Origin: Candidatus Fervidifonticultor quintus
GTDB lineage: Bacteria; Sysuimicrobiota; Sysuimicrobiia; Sysuimicrobiales; Humicultoraceae
Reading direction: 5' to 3'
Assembly (NCBI GenBank): GCA_031459535.1
Contig: JAVKIJ010000036.1
Coordinates: 1 to 29,652, forward strand
Length of the DNA: 29,652 nt
In this document: positions 8,454 to 17,386 of the stretch, piece by piece
Position numbering within the stretch: the stretch's first letter is position 1
Layout of the letters: each line of letters opens with the position of its first letter
Notes under the pieces: generated by a model
Told to the model about the DNA's origin: nothing
The model's database searches: none
What the model saw: the letters and a program-made list of their open reading frames with translations, nothing else
Translations under genes and position numbers: made by a program

Positions 8454-10091
8454 ATGATGGAGCGAATCAGGCGACGTGAGCTCATCCGCCGGGCTGGGGC
8501 GGGTCTCGGCGCACTGGCTGCCTCGCAGGCGCTGCCGCACCTGGCGTGGCCGCGGGCGGCCCTGGCTCAGGCCCAGGCCACCGGCACGTTGACCTACGGC
8601 ATGGCCGGCGGCTTCGATACGCTGGACGTGACCGTGACCACCTTTACCCGGGTAGGCCGCATCGGCCTGCACGTGGTGGACCCCCTGGTCTGGTCCGTGG
8701 GGCCGGGCCGGTACGCACCGGGTCTGGCGACCTCGTGGACGGTCTCGCCGGATGCCACCGCCTATACGTTCAAACTGCGCGAGGACGTGAAGTTCCACGA
8801 CGGCACGCCGTTTACCGCCGAGGCGGTGCGGGTGACCTTCGACCGCATCGTCGATCCTGAGACCCGGGCCCAGACCGCCTTCAGCTTCATTGGTCCCTAC
8901 GAGCGCACCGAGGTGTTGGATCGGTATACGGTGCGGGTCCGCTTCAAGAGTCCCCACGCTGCGTTTCTCAACGGCGCCAGCAGCCCCTACCTCGGGATCG
9001 TCTCACCCGCCGCGCTGCAGAAGTACGGCCGCGACTTCGGCCGGGTGGTGTTCGTCGGCACCGGCCCGTTCATGCTCCAGTCCTACCGCACCGACGCCGA
9101 GGTGACCCTGGTCCGCAACCCCAACTACAATTGGGGTGCGCGCATTTTCAAGCACGAGGGCCTCCCCTACCTGCGGAACATCGTGTACCGCATCATCCCT
9201 GAGGAGGCCACGCGGGTCGCCACCCTGGAGACCGGTGAGACCTTGTTTATCGAGGACGTTCCGGTGACGGACTACCAGCGGTTCAAGAACTCCAGAGAAA
9301 AGGTCCTGCTGGAGATCCCCCAGGCCGGTTCAGGGTGGTCACTCATGATGAACCAGCAGCGGACTCCGACCAACGAACTGGCATTGCGTCGCGCGGTGAT
9401 GCATGCCATCGACAAGGACGGGTTAGTAAGGACCGTCTGGAACAACGTGTTCAAAGCGGCGTGCAGCCCGCTGACCTCCAACATGTTCGGGTTCGATCCC
9501 GAGACCTGCAAGAAGGTCACCTACAACCCCGACCAGGCCCGCCGCCTGCTCGAGGAGGCGGGGTGGCGCCTGGGGCCCGACGGCATCCGCGTCCGGGGCG
9601 GCGAACGGTTGAGGCTGGAGTTCTACCTGCAACCGACCCCCCAGAAGAACCAAGAGATGGCCGCGTTCATCCAGGCCAACCTCAAGCAGGTCGGCATCGA
9701 GGTGAACCTGAACGTGCTGGCCCGCGCAGGCTACCTGGACGCGGTGCGCCAGGGCCGGCACCACCTCCAGTACTGGTGGGACACCGGCACTGACCCCGGC
9801 CAGATGCTGCGGATCCTCTTCCACTCCCGCAACGCCGGTGGCGGCACGAACCGCAACAACTACCGCAATCCGGAGATGGATCGACTCATCGAGCAGATCG
9901 AAGCTACCGCGGACCCCGCGAGGCGCAGGGAGCTCATCGCCCGGGCGCAGCAGAAGGCCATTGACGATGCCGTTATGGTCTACCTGGCCGATCCGCCGTC
10001 GCTGTACGCGCACGACCGGTCGGTAAGCGGCGTCTGGGTGGACTGGGGAGGTAACTACCCCTACTTCTACGACACCCAGGTGGCACGGTAG
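8454..10091 (+). CDS. Dpp/Opp-family ABC substrate-binding protein with twin-arginine signal peptide
   Basis: IRRRELIRR, hydrophobic stretch and ALA-Q; GLATSW, FKLREDVKFHDG, VGTGPF; SD GGAGG 8444-8448 (start 8454 or 8457). Confidence 0.92.
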   Translation: MMERIRRRELIRRAGAGLGALAASQALPHLAWPRAALAQAQATGTLTYGMAGGFDTLDVTVTTFTRVGRIGLHVVDPLVWSVGPGRYAPGLATSWTVSPDATAYTFKLREDVKFHDGTPFTAEAVRVTFDRIVDPETRAQTAFSFIGPYERTEVLDRYTVRVRFKSPHAAFLNGASSPYLGIVSPAALQKYGRDFGRVVFVGTGPFMLQSYRTDAEVTLVRNPNYNWGARIFKHEGLPYLRNIVYRIIPEEATRVATLETGETLFIEDVPVTDYQRFKNSREKVLLEIPQAGSGWSLMMNQQRTPTNELALRRAVMHAIDKDGLVRTVWNNVFKAACSPLTSNMFGFDPETCKKVTYNPDQARRLLEEAGWRLGPDGIRVRGGERLRLEFYLQPTPQKNQEMAAFIQANLKQVGIEVNLNVLARAGYLDAVRQGRHHLQYWWDTGTDPGQMLRILFHSRNAGGGTNRNNYRNPEMDRLIEQIEATADPARRRELIARAQQKAIDDAVMVYLADPPSLYAHDRSVSGVWVDWGGNYPYFYDTQVAR

Positions 10092-10105
10092 CGTGCCACG
10101 TTGAA

Positions 10106-10143
10106 GGTGGGGAGCGGCCGCGCTGGCGGGCGGCCCCCCCACC
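10106..10143 (+). other. GC-rich stem-loop after the SBP gene (mRNA-stabilising or partial-terminator hairpin)
   Basis: GGTGGGG..GGCCGC / GCGGCC..CCCCACC imperfect inverted repeat; no U-tract. Confidence 0.5.
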
Positions 10144-10156
10144 CTGGTGCCCGTTG

Positions 10157-11080
10157 ATGCTGGCGTACCTGGTCAAGCGCGTCCTCCTCGCCGTCCCGAC
10201 CCTGCTGGCCGTGTCGGTGGTGGTGTTCCTTATGCTACACCTGGTCCCCGGCGATCCGGCCATCATCTTCTTCGGGGACCAACCCGTCACGCCCGAGCGC
10301 CTCGAGCTAGTCCGAAGGCAGATGGGGCTGCACCGTCCGCTGCATGTGCAGTACCTGGATTTTCTCCGGGGCCTGCTCACCGCGGATCTCGGCCGATCCA
10401 TCCACTGGCAGACCCCGGTGATCGACGAACTGGTGACGCGGGTGCCGTCCTCGGCGCAACTGGCCGCCGGTGCGTTCGCCGTGGCGGCTGCGCTTGGGCT
10501 GGCCCTCGGCGTGCTCTCGGCCCTGCGGCGGGCCACCTGGGTGGATGCCGCCGCCATGCTGGTGGCGCTTGGCGGGGTCTCTATGCCCATCTTCTGGCTG
10601 GCCGCCATGCTCATCTTCGTGTTCTCTCTGAAGCTGGGCTGGTTTCCCGCCACCGGGTTCGGTGGATGGAACCGGTTGGTGCTCCCGGCAGTGGCCCTGG
10701 GGTTTGTGTCGTCTGCAACGCTGGCGCGGCTGGTGCGCTCCAGCGTGCTGGAGGTCCTCTGGCAGCCGTACGTGACCACGGCGCGGTCCAAGGGACTGCG
10801 GGAAGCCGCGGTGATTTCCCGTCACGTGTTGAAGAACGCGTTCATCGCGGTCATCACGGTCATGGGGTTGCAGCTGGGCACCCTGCTGTCCGGCGCGGTG
10901 ATCACCGAGACGGTGTTCGCGCGGCCGGGCGTCGGCAAGCTGCTCGTGGACTCGATCCTGAATAAGGACTTTCCGCTGGTCCAGGGCGCGGTGCTGTTCG
11001 TGGCCCTAGTGTATATTGCGGTCAACCTGCTCGTAGACATCTCGTATGCGTATCTCGATCCCCGCATTCGATTCGAATGA
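10157..11080 (+). CDS. Dpp/Opp-family ABC permease (DppB-like)
   Basis: LVPGDPA, DLGRS, YVTTARSKGL, HVLKN, ETVFARPGVG, LDPRIRF; start ATG 10157 or TTG 10154. Confidence 0.92.
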   Translation: MLAYLVKRVLLAVPTLLAVSVVVFLMLHLVPGDPAIIFFGDQPVTPERLELVRRQMGLHRPLHVQYLDFLRGLLTADLGRSIHWQTPVIDELVTRVPSSAQLAAGAFAVAAALGLALGVLSALRRATWVDAAAMLVALGGVSMPIFWLAAMLIFVFSLKLGWFPATGFGGWNRLVLPAVALGFVSSATLARLVRSSVLEVLWQPYVTTARSKGLREAAVISRHVLKNAFIAVITVMGLQLGTLLSGAVITETVFARPGVGKLLVDSILNKDFPLVQGAVLFVALVYIAVNLLVDISYAYLDPRIRFE

Positions 11081-11945
11081 TACGCCGGTAGCAGTCCCGC
11101 AGCCCCGCTCACTGTGGCGTGACGCGTTCCGGCGCCTCCGGCGGTCGAAGGGCGCGACCGTGGGCGGTGTGGTGCTGGCCGTCCTGGTGGCCGCGGCGGT
11201 GGCGGCACCTCTGCTGACGCCCTACGAACCCACGACCCCGAATCCCCAGGACCGTCAGCAGGCCCCGTCCCTGCGGCACCCCCTGGGCACCGATGTGCTC
11301 GGTCGGGACCTCTACACGCGCATCCTGTATGGCGCGAGGATCTCGCTGCAGACCGGGCTGGTGTCCGTGACGATCGCCGTGTTGGTCGGCGTGCCCATGG
11401 GCCTGATCTCCGGCTTCTACGGCGGCCTGGCGGACCGGCTGCTGATGCGGCTGGTCGACCTCATGCTCACGTTCCCGGGCATCCTGCTGGCGCTGGTGGT
11501 CATCGCGATCCTGGGCCCGGGCTTGTTTCATGCCATGCTGGCCGTGGGGATCTCGTCGTCGCCCACCTATGCGCGGGTGGTGCGGGCCACGGTGCTCGCC
11601 GCCCGCGGACAGACCTACGTGGAGGCCGCGCGCGCCATCGGATGCCGCAATGTGCGCATCGTGATCCGCCACATCCTCCCCAACACTGTGGCGCCCATCA
11701 TCGTGCTGGGCACCCTGGGCGTCGCAGGGGCCATCATCTCTGCCGCGGCTCTCAGCTACCTGGGGCTGGGCGTGCGGCCACCCGAGCCCGAGTGGGGCGC
11801 GCTCCTCTCCGAGGGTCGCAACTACCTGCGGGTGGCCTGGTGGATGACCACCTTTCCCGGGCTGGCCATCATGACCGCGGTGCTGTCCATCAATCTGCTC
11901 GGCGACGGGCTGCGCGACGCGCTGGACCCGCGGCTGCGGTCCTAG
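11046..11945 (+). CDS. Dpp/Opp-family ABC permease (DppC-like)
   Basis: HPLGTDVLGRD, YVEAARAIG, HILPN, PEWG, GDGLRDALDPR; exact start uncertain. Confidence 0.9.
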   Translation: MRISIPAFDSNDTPVAVPQPRSLWRDAFRRLRRSKGATVGGVVLAVLVAAAVAAPLLTPYEPTTPNPQDRQQAPSLRHPLGTDVLGRDLYTRILYGARISLQTGLVSVTIAVLVGVPMGLISGFYGGLADRLLMRLVDLMLTFPGILLALVVIAILGPGLFHAMLAVGISSSPTYARVVRATVLAARGQTYVEAARAIGCRNVRIVIRHILPNTVAPIIVLGTLGVAGAIISAAALSYLGLGVRPPEPEWGALLSEGRNYLRVAWWMTTFPGLAIMTAVLSINLLGDGLRDALDPRLRS

Positions 11946-11959
11946 CCAGGAGGTCACAG

Positions 11960-12949
11960 ATGAGACGACTGCAGTGGGGCGTCCTGGGCGTGGCCAACAT
12001 CGCGGTTCGCTCCGTGATGCCCGCGATTCAGGCTGCGGGGAACTGCCACCTGGCCGCCATCGCCAGCCGCGTAGAGGGCAGGGCGCAGGAGGCCGCGATC
12101 CGTTTGGGGATTCCCAGAGCCTACGGATCGTACGAGGCGCTGCTGGCCGACCCCCAGATCGAGGCGGTCTACATCCCTCTGCCGAACTCCCTGCACCGGG
12201 AGTGGACGATCCGCTGCGCCCAGGCCGGCAAGCACGTCCTGTGTGAGAAGCCCCTGGCGCTGGGGGCCGCCGACTGTCAGGCGATGATCGCCGCCTGCCG
12301 GGAGCACGGCGTCCTCCTCATGGAGGCGTTCATGTACCGCTTTCATCCGCGGACCTGGCGCGTGGCCGAGATGGTGGCTCAGGGCGCGGTAGGTGACGTG
12401 CGGATGGTGCGGGCGTCGTTCACATTCCGCCTGCGGAGCTTCGAGGACAATATCCGCCTGCAACCCGCACTCGGCGGTGGCAGCCTGTACGACGTGGGAT
12501 GTTACGGGATCAACGTGAGCCGCATGATTCTCGGGGAACCCCACGCGGCCTTCGCGTTCGCACAGATGGGCGCCACGGGTGTCGACGAGGTCCTGGGCGC
12601 GCTGCTCCGCTTTGACGGCGACCGGCTGGCGCTGGTGGACTGCGGGCTGACCCTGGAGCGGCGCGAGGAGTGCGAGGTGGTGGGCACGCACGGCTGCCTG
12701 GTGGTGCCATCGGCGTTCCTGCCGGGGATGGCCGACGCAGCTATCCACTGGGTCAAGGGAACGGACCGCACGGTCCTGACCGTGCCCGGTGCAGACGAAT
12801 ACCGTCTCATGGTCGAGCACTTCGCCGACGCGGTCCTGACCGGTCGACCGCCGCGCCTGCCGCCGGAGGACGCGGTGGCCAACCTGCGGGTCATCGAGGC
12901 GTTGCGTCGATCGCTCGACAGCGGACGGGCTGAGGCCGTGGACGTCTAG
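11960..12949 (+). CDS. Gfo/Idh/MocA-family NAD(P) oxidoreductase (xylose-dehydrogenase/DHDH-like)
   Basis: WGVLGVANIA, YIPLPNSLH, GKHVLCEKP, GGGSLYDVGCY; ATG 11960 with SD AGGAGG. Confidence 0.9.
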   Translation: MRRLQWGVLGVANIAVRSVMPAIQAAGNCHLAAIASRVEGRAQEAAIRLGIPRAYGSYEALLADPQIEAVYIPLPNSLHREWTIRCAQAGKHVLCEKPLALGAADCQAMIAACREHGVLLMEAFMYRFHPRTWRVAEMVAQGAVGDVRMVRASFTFRLRSFEDNIRLQPALGGGSLYDVGCYGINVSRMILGEPHAAFAFAQMGATGVDEVLGALLRFDGDRLALVDCGLTLERREECEVVGTHGCLVVPSAFLPGMADAAIHWVKGTDRTVLTVPGADEYRLMVEHFADAVLTGRPPRLPPEDAVANLRVIEALRRSLDSGRAEAVDV

Positions 12950-12983
12950 ACGAGAGCCGCCGGGCTGGAAGAGGAGGAGAGAG

Positions 12984-14102
12984 ATGACGATCAGACTTCG
13001 CGTGGGCGTGCTGGGCGCGGGCGCCTGGGCTCGGGCCGCCCACGTGCCCGGATGGCAGCGAGACCCGCGCAGCCAGGTCGCCGTGATCTGCGACGTGGTG
13101 CGGGAGCGGGCCGAGGAGCTGGCGCGGCAGTTCGGGATCCACGAGACCACCGACGACTGGCAGGCGGTGGTCTCGCGCGGCGATCTGGACGTCATCGACG
13201 TGGCCACGCCTTCGACCACGCACTTCGAACTGGCCATGGCGGCCCTGGAGGCTGGCAAGCACGTCCTGTGCGAGAAGCCCGTGGCCTACGACTTCCGGCA
13301 GACGCTGCAGGCCGCAGCCCTGGCGCGGCGGCGGGGCGTGCTGACCAAGATGGGGTTTACCTTCCGGTACAGCCCCGGGGTGCAGTACGCCCGCGCGCTG
13401 ATCGACGACGGGTTCGTGGGCGTCCCGTTCATCTTCAATGGCTACGAGCAGAACTCCCAGTGGCTCGATCCCCAGGTGCCCCTGCGTCAGGTGGACCACA
13501 CTGCGGACCAGTCGGTGCTCCAGGCTTCCTCCCTGGAAGGCTACGGCGCGCCGATCATCGACATTGGCATGTGGTGGGTGGGCGCCGGTTACGCGCGGAC
13601 CGTCGGTCTGCTGCGCAACTTCATCCCGGAGCGGATGGTGCGCGCCACCGGCCAGATGATGCGCATGAACATCGATGACGGCGACATTCACCTGGTGGAG
13701 TACACCAATGGCGCGATCGGGTCCATCCAGACGTCGTTCGTGACCATCGGCAACTATCCCGGCATCGAGGCCCGGATCTACGGGAGCCGCGGTGCCATCA
13801 TCTGCCGTCTTGTGGAGGAATTCGGCGTCGCCGAGACCATCAAGGTCGCCAGACCGGACGCGGTGGAGTTCCGGGAGCTGGAGATCCCCTCGCGATTCTA
13901 CCCGGCTGGCGGCCATGCCCGCGAGTCGTGGCGGTCGCTATTCTACGCGAACCTGATCAGGGACTTCATCGACGAGATCCTAGACGGCTCGGGTCGCAAT
14001 CAGGGGAACTTCGAGGACGGCGCCCGGGTCCAGGAGGTGATCAACGCTGTCGAGCGGTCGCACCACGAGCGCCGCTGGGTGGAGCTGCCGCTGCCACGAT
14101 GA
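12984..14102 (+). CDS. Gfo/Idh/MocA-family oxidoreductase, atypical active-site segment
   Basis: VGVLGAG, DVATPSTTH, GKHVLCEKP, GFTFRY; SD GAGGAGG. Confidence 0.88.
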   Translation: MTIRLRVGVLGAGAWARAAHVPGWQRDPRSQVAVICDVVRERAEELARQFGIHETTDDWQAVVSRGDLDVIDVATPSTTHFELAMAALEAGKHVLCEKPVAYDFRQTLQAAALARRRGVLTKMGFTFRYSPGVQYARALIDDGFVGVPFIFNGYEQNSQWLDPQVPLRQVDHTADQSVLQASSLEGYGAPIIDIGMWWVGAGYARTVGLLRNFIPERMVRATGQMMRMNIDDGDIHLVEYTNGAIGSIQTSFVTIGNYPGIEARIYGSRGAIICRLVEEFGVAETIKVARPDAVEFRELEIPSRFYPAGGHARESWRSLFYANLIRDFIDEILDGSGRNQGNFEDGARVQEVINAVERSHHERRWVELPLPR

Positions 14103-15793
14103 CGGCCCACGGGGCGTCCCGCGCACCGGCCCTGGGGGCAGCCGTGGAGGCGTTCCTCCAATGGTACTACCGGCACCAGCCGGTCACTGCCACGTTCATC
14201 GGCGTCCACGAGGCCGACCATCGTCTGCCCGACTTCGCTGAGGCCGCCACCGAGCAAGCCCTCAGCGCCGTCGACTCCCTTCTGAGGCAGTTTCGGAGCC
14301 TCCCGGACGAGCCCCGGACCGACACCGAGGCCCTCGACGGCACGGTCGCCCAGGGCGCCCTGGATGTTCTGCGCTGGGAGCTTCAGTCCGACCACTTTCA
14401 CCGGGGTAATCCCTGCGTCTACACCAGTGAGGCGATCTTCGGAGTGCTGGCCCTGTTCCTCCGGCCCTTCGCCCCGCTTGCGCAGCGTGCCGAGGCGGCC
14501 AGGGCGCGCCTGCTGGCTATTCCCGACTTTCTGGCGCAGGGGCGCCGGAACGTGCGGCGCGCGCCCAGCGCCTGGACGGAGCGCGCCATCCGCGAGTGTC
14601 GCGGCGCCCTGGCGTTTCTCGAACGAGGGCTCGGGCAGCTCATGCGCGACGAGCACCTGCACGATCCGCGCCTCCTCGACGCGGCTGCAGCGGCGGCAGC
14701 GGCCTTTCGCAGGCACCGGGTGTACCTGGAGACCGAGTTGCTCAAGCAGAGCCACCATGGCTACGCCTGCGGCGCAGATGCGCTCGATCTTCTGCTACGT
14801 CGGGGTCACTTCCTGGACATGGATGCAGCCGACGTGGAGGCCATGGCAGAGGATGCCTTGCAACGCGCCCTGGAAGCCCGCCGGTCCGCGGCGCGGGTCC
14901 TGGGTGCGGCATCGTGGCAGGAAGCGATGACGTGGGTCGAGGACCGACACCCGCCCGTTGAACGGTACTATGCGCGCTACACCCAGGTCTGGGAGGAGGC
15001 GCGCGCGGTCGCCTTGGCCCACAGGCTGGTGTCCTGGCCGGACTACCCGCTCCGGTTCGTGCCGCAGCCCGCGTGGGCGCGCGAGGCGGCGCCGGACCTC
15101 TACTTCCTGTCTTACCGGGCACCGGCAGCGTTCGACACGATCCCTGTCGTCGACTATCTGGTGAACCCGGTCGAGCCGGACATGCCGCCAGACGAGCAGC
15201 GGCGCCGACTCCGCGCCGCCAACGAGAGCGCCATCAAGCTCAACCACGTCGTCCACCACGCCGGGCTCGGTCACCATGTGCAGAACTGGTATGCGTACCA
15301 CCGGACCGCGTCCCGCATCGGACAGATCGCGGCCGCAGACTGCGCCAGCCGCATTGCCCTGTTCTGCGGAGGCACCATGGCCGAGGGATGGGCCTGCTAC
15401 GCCACCGACCTGATGGAGGAGGTCGGGTTCTTCGACCCCCTCGATCGCCTGGCGCTGGCGCACACGCGGGTGAGGATGGCGGCGCGGGCCGCAGTCGACG
15501 TGCGCCTGCACACAGGACGGTGGTCGATCGCAGACGCCGTCGCCTGTTATCGCGACCAGGCCGGCATGGCGCCGGAGGCCGCGCGCGCCGAAGCAGTCCG
15601 GAACAGCCTGTTCCCCGGAACGGCGCTCATGTACCTCGTGGGAAACGAGCTCATCCATCGGCTGCGCCGTCAGCTCGCCGGCCAGCCGGGGTTTGACCTC
15701 TGCCGGTTCCACGATCGGTTTCTGTCCTACGGCTCGCTGCCGGTGTCGCTGATCTCTCGGGCGATGACCGACCAGCCGCCCCTGCCCGGCTAG
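14099..15793 (+). CDS. DUF885 family protein (metallopeptidase-like fold)
   Basis: PVTATFIGVH..D, HHAGLGHHVQ, EGWACY, VDVRLH, PGTALMYLVG, FHDRFLSYGSLP; ATGA overlap with the upstream gene. Confidence 0.8.
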   Translation: MTAHGASRAPALGAAVEAFLQWYYRHQPVTATFIGVHEADHRLPDFAEAATEQALSAVDSLLRQFRSLPDEPRTDTEALDGTVAQGALDVLRWELQSDHFHRGNPCVYTSEAIFGVLALFLRPFAPLAQRAEAARARLLAIPDFLAQGRRNVRRAPSAWTERAIRECRGALAFLERGLGQLMRDEHLHDPRLLDAAAAAAAAFRRHRVYLETELLKQSHHGYACGADALDLLLRRGHFLDMDAADVEAMAEDALQRALEARRSAARVLGAASWQEAMTWVEDRHPPVERYYARYTQVWEEARAVALAHRLVSWPDYPLRFVPQPAWAREAAPDLYFLSYRAPAAFDTIPVVDYLVNPVEPDMPPDEQRRRLRAANESAIKLNHVVHHAGLGHHVQNWYAYHRTASRIGQIAAADCASRIALFCGGTMAEGWACYATDLMEEVGFFDPLDRLALAHTRVRMAARAAVDVRLHTGRWSIADAVACYRDQAGMAPEAARAEAVRNSLFPGTALMYLVGNELIHRLRRQLAGQPGFDLCRFHDRFLSYGSLPVSLISRAMTDQPPLPG

Positions 15794-16830
15794 TACAGGC
15801 GCTCGCGGTCGAAGACGTTCAATAGCGGCAGCCCCCGCAGGTAGCGCTCGAGGTTGTCACAGAACAGGTCGGTCAGCCGCGCGTTCTCGCTCTCTACGGT
15901 GCTGGCCGAATGAGGGCTGACCAGGACATTGGGCAGGCCCCACAGCGGGCTGTCGGCCGGCAGGGGTTCCGTCGCGAACACGTCGAGGGCCGCGCCCCGC
16001 AGTCGGCCATCGCGCAGGGCATCGATCAACGCGTCCTCGTCTACCACGGCGCCGCGTGCCACGTTGATGAGCACTGCATCTCGCCTCATGGTCTCGAGCT
16101 CGCGGCGGCCGATGAGGCGCTCCGTCTGAGGGGTGTGCGGGACCGCCAGGACCACGTAGTCGGCCGACGCCAGCAGCCAGGGGAGATCGGAGATGGGGAC
16201 CAGCACGTCCACGTCGCGCTCGCATGCGCCCGGCGGGACGGTGCGCCGGGTGGCCACCACGCGCATCCCCATGGCCCGGCACGAGCGGGCCACTTCCCGA
16301 CCGATGGTGCCGAGGCCCACGATCCCTACCGTGGCGCCGCGGACGTCGCGGCCGGTATAGCGCTCCCAGCGGCGGGCGGCCTGGTCACGCATCATGCGGA
16401 AGCCGTCTTTGGCGAACCACAGAATCGTCAGCAGGACGAAGTCAGCCAGCGGTCTGGCGTGGATGCCGCGGGCCGTCGTGAAGACGATGGGGCTACGGAC
16501 GAGGCCGGTACGGAGCAGCAACTGGCCGATGCCGGTGCTGGTGGCCTGGATCCACCGCACCTTCGGGATGAGGGAGGCCAGCTCGCCGAGGTTGGTGTGG
16601 TCGAAATCGAACATAACCTCGGCTTCGGCCAAGTACCTGCGCCATCGCCGCTCCTCGTCCGTGGTGCGCCGGTGGGGGTGCCCGACGTGGTCGCACGGAT
16701 ACCGGGGCGAGGGCAGGAGCGCCGGTTCGTAGATCACGCGGACGGCGCCCACGCGCTTGATGCGATCGACCAGCTCGGGCTCCAGATAGGACGCGATCAG
16801 AACATTCACAGGGCTCTTGGGAGATGGCAT
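15790..16830 (-). CDS. D-isomer-specific 2-hydroxyacid dehydrogenase
   Basis: GIVGLGTIG, INVARG, LDVFATEPL, SPHSA; convergent stop shared with DUF885 in CTAG 15790-15793. Confidence 0.92.
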   Translation of the reverse strand: MPSPKSPVNVLIASYLEPELVDRIKRVGAVRVIYEPALLPSPRYPCDHVGHPHRRTTDEERRWRRYLAEAEVMFDFDHTNLGELASLIPKVRWIQATSTGIGQLLLRTGLVRSPIVFTTARGIHARPLADFVLLTILWFAKDGFRMMRDQAARRWERYTGRDVRGATVGIVGLGTIGREVARSCRAMGMRVVATRRTVPPGACERDVDVLVPISDLPWLLASADYVVLAVPHTPQTERLIGRRELETMRRDAVLINVARGAVVDEDALIDALRDGRLRGAALDVFATEPLPADSPLWGLPNVLVSPHSASTVESENARLTDLFCDNLERYLRGLPLLNVFDRERLY

Positions 16831-16852
16831 GTAGCGCGGTCGGCCAGGGAGA

Positions 16853-16880
16853 GGGCGCGGTCGCGAGGGCGACCGCGCCC
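16853..16880. terminator. Perfect 12-bp GC hairpin downstream of the DUF4870 gene (probable terminator or processing site)
   Basis: GGGCGCGGTCGC-GAGG-GCGACCGCGCCC; only a weak pyrimidine tail (TCTC) on the minus strand. Confidence 0.55.
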
Positions 16881-16888
16881 GCCTCCGG

Positions 16889-16910
16889 TTCTCAGCCTGT
16901 TCTTAGCCTG
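16889..16910. repeat. Tandem 11-bp direct repeat
   Basis: TTCTCAGCCTG (16889-16899) followed by TTCTTAGCCTG (16900-16910). Confidence 0.6.
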
Positions 16911-16918
16911 AGCTCCAC

Positions 16919-17272
16919 CTATGCGGCGTACTTCTTGGCGAAGTCGCTGACCACGGGAATGGAGACCATCTTGCCGTTGTAGGCCTGGATGGCGTACAGG
17001 ATCGACAGGATCAGCCAGGCGATCCACAGGAGCGGGCCGGTCACGATGACCAGGAGCCATCCGAGGAAGGGGATATTGCCCAGGATCATGAGGGCAATGT
17101 AGATGATGACCCACGCGATGCCCCAGAACAGGGCCGTCCAGCCGTGGTGCTTCATGAACGGGTCCTTTTTCATGTCGGTCAGGATGATCACGAGCGCAAT
17201 GATCCAGATCGGGTACGCCAGCGCGGCCAGCAGCCGGTTGGTTTGATCTGGCGACGTGGGCTGGGTGCTCAT
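16919..17272 (-). CDS. Small 3-TM membrane protein, DUF4870/Tic20-like
   Basis: RLLAALAY, PFMKHHGWTAL, AIQAYNGKMVSIPVV; ATG 17272 with SD GGAGGTG; 117 aa. Confidence 0.8.
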   Translation of the reverse strand: MSTQPTSPDQTNRLLAALAYPIWIIALVIILTDMKKDPFMKHHGWTALFWGIAWVIIYIALMILGNIPFLGWLLVIVTGPLLWIAWLILSILYAIQAYNGKMVSIPVVSDFAKKYAA

Positions 17273-17313
17273 CAGACACCTCCGGGCGCAGGATGTGGAG
17301 CCGTGCTGGTGTT

Positions 17314-17338
17314 GTTCGTACGCGGGCCGCGACTTCCT
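17314..17338 (-). promoter_or_regulatory. Putative SigH-like promoter of the DUF4870 gene
   Basis: Minus strand AGGA-N17-GAAC. Confidence 0.45.
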
Positions 17339-17372
17339 CCCGGCGGGGCCTCCTTCCGGCCCGAAAGGCCCG

Positions 17373-17378
17373 TATAAT
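17373..17378 (+). promoter_or_regulatory. -10 box of a probably leaderless transcript
   Basis: TATAAT 8 nt upstream of ATG 17387; no SD. Confidence 0.6.
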
Positions 17379-17386
17379 TGAACCCG

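Noticed and set aside
8340-16830. Genomic island integrated at tRNA-Ser
   Set aside because: No integrase, no duplicated tRNA 3' end noticed, no evident compositional shift
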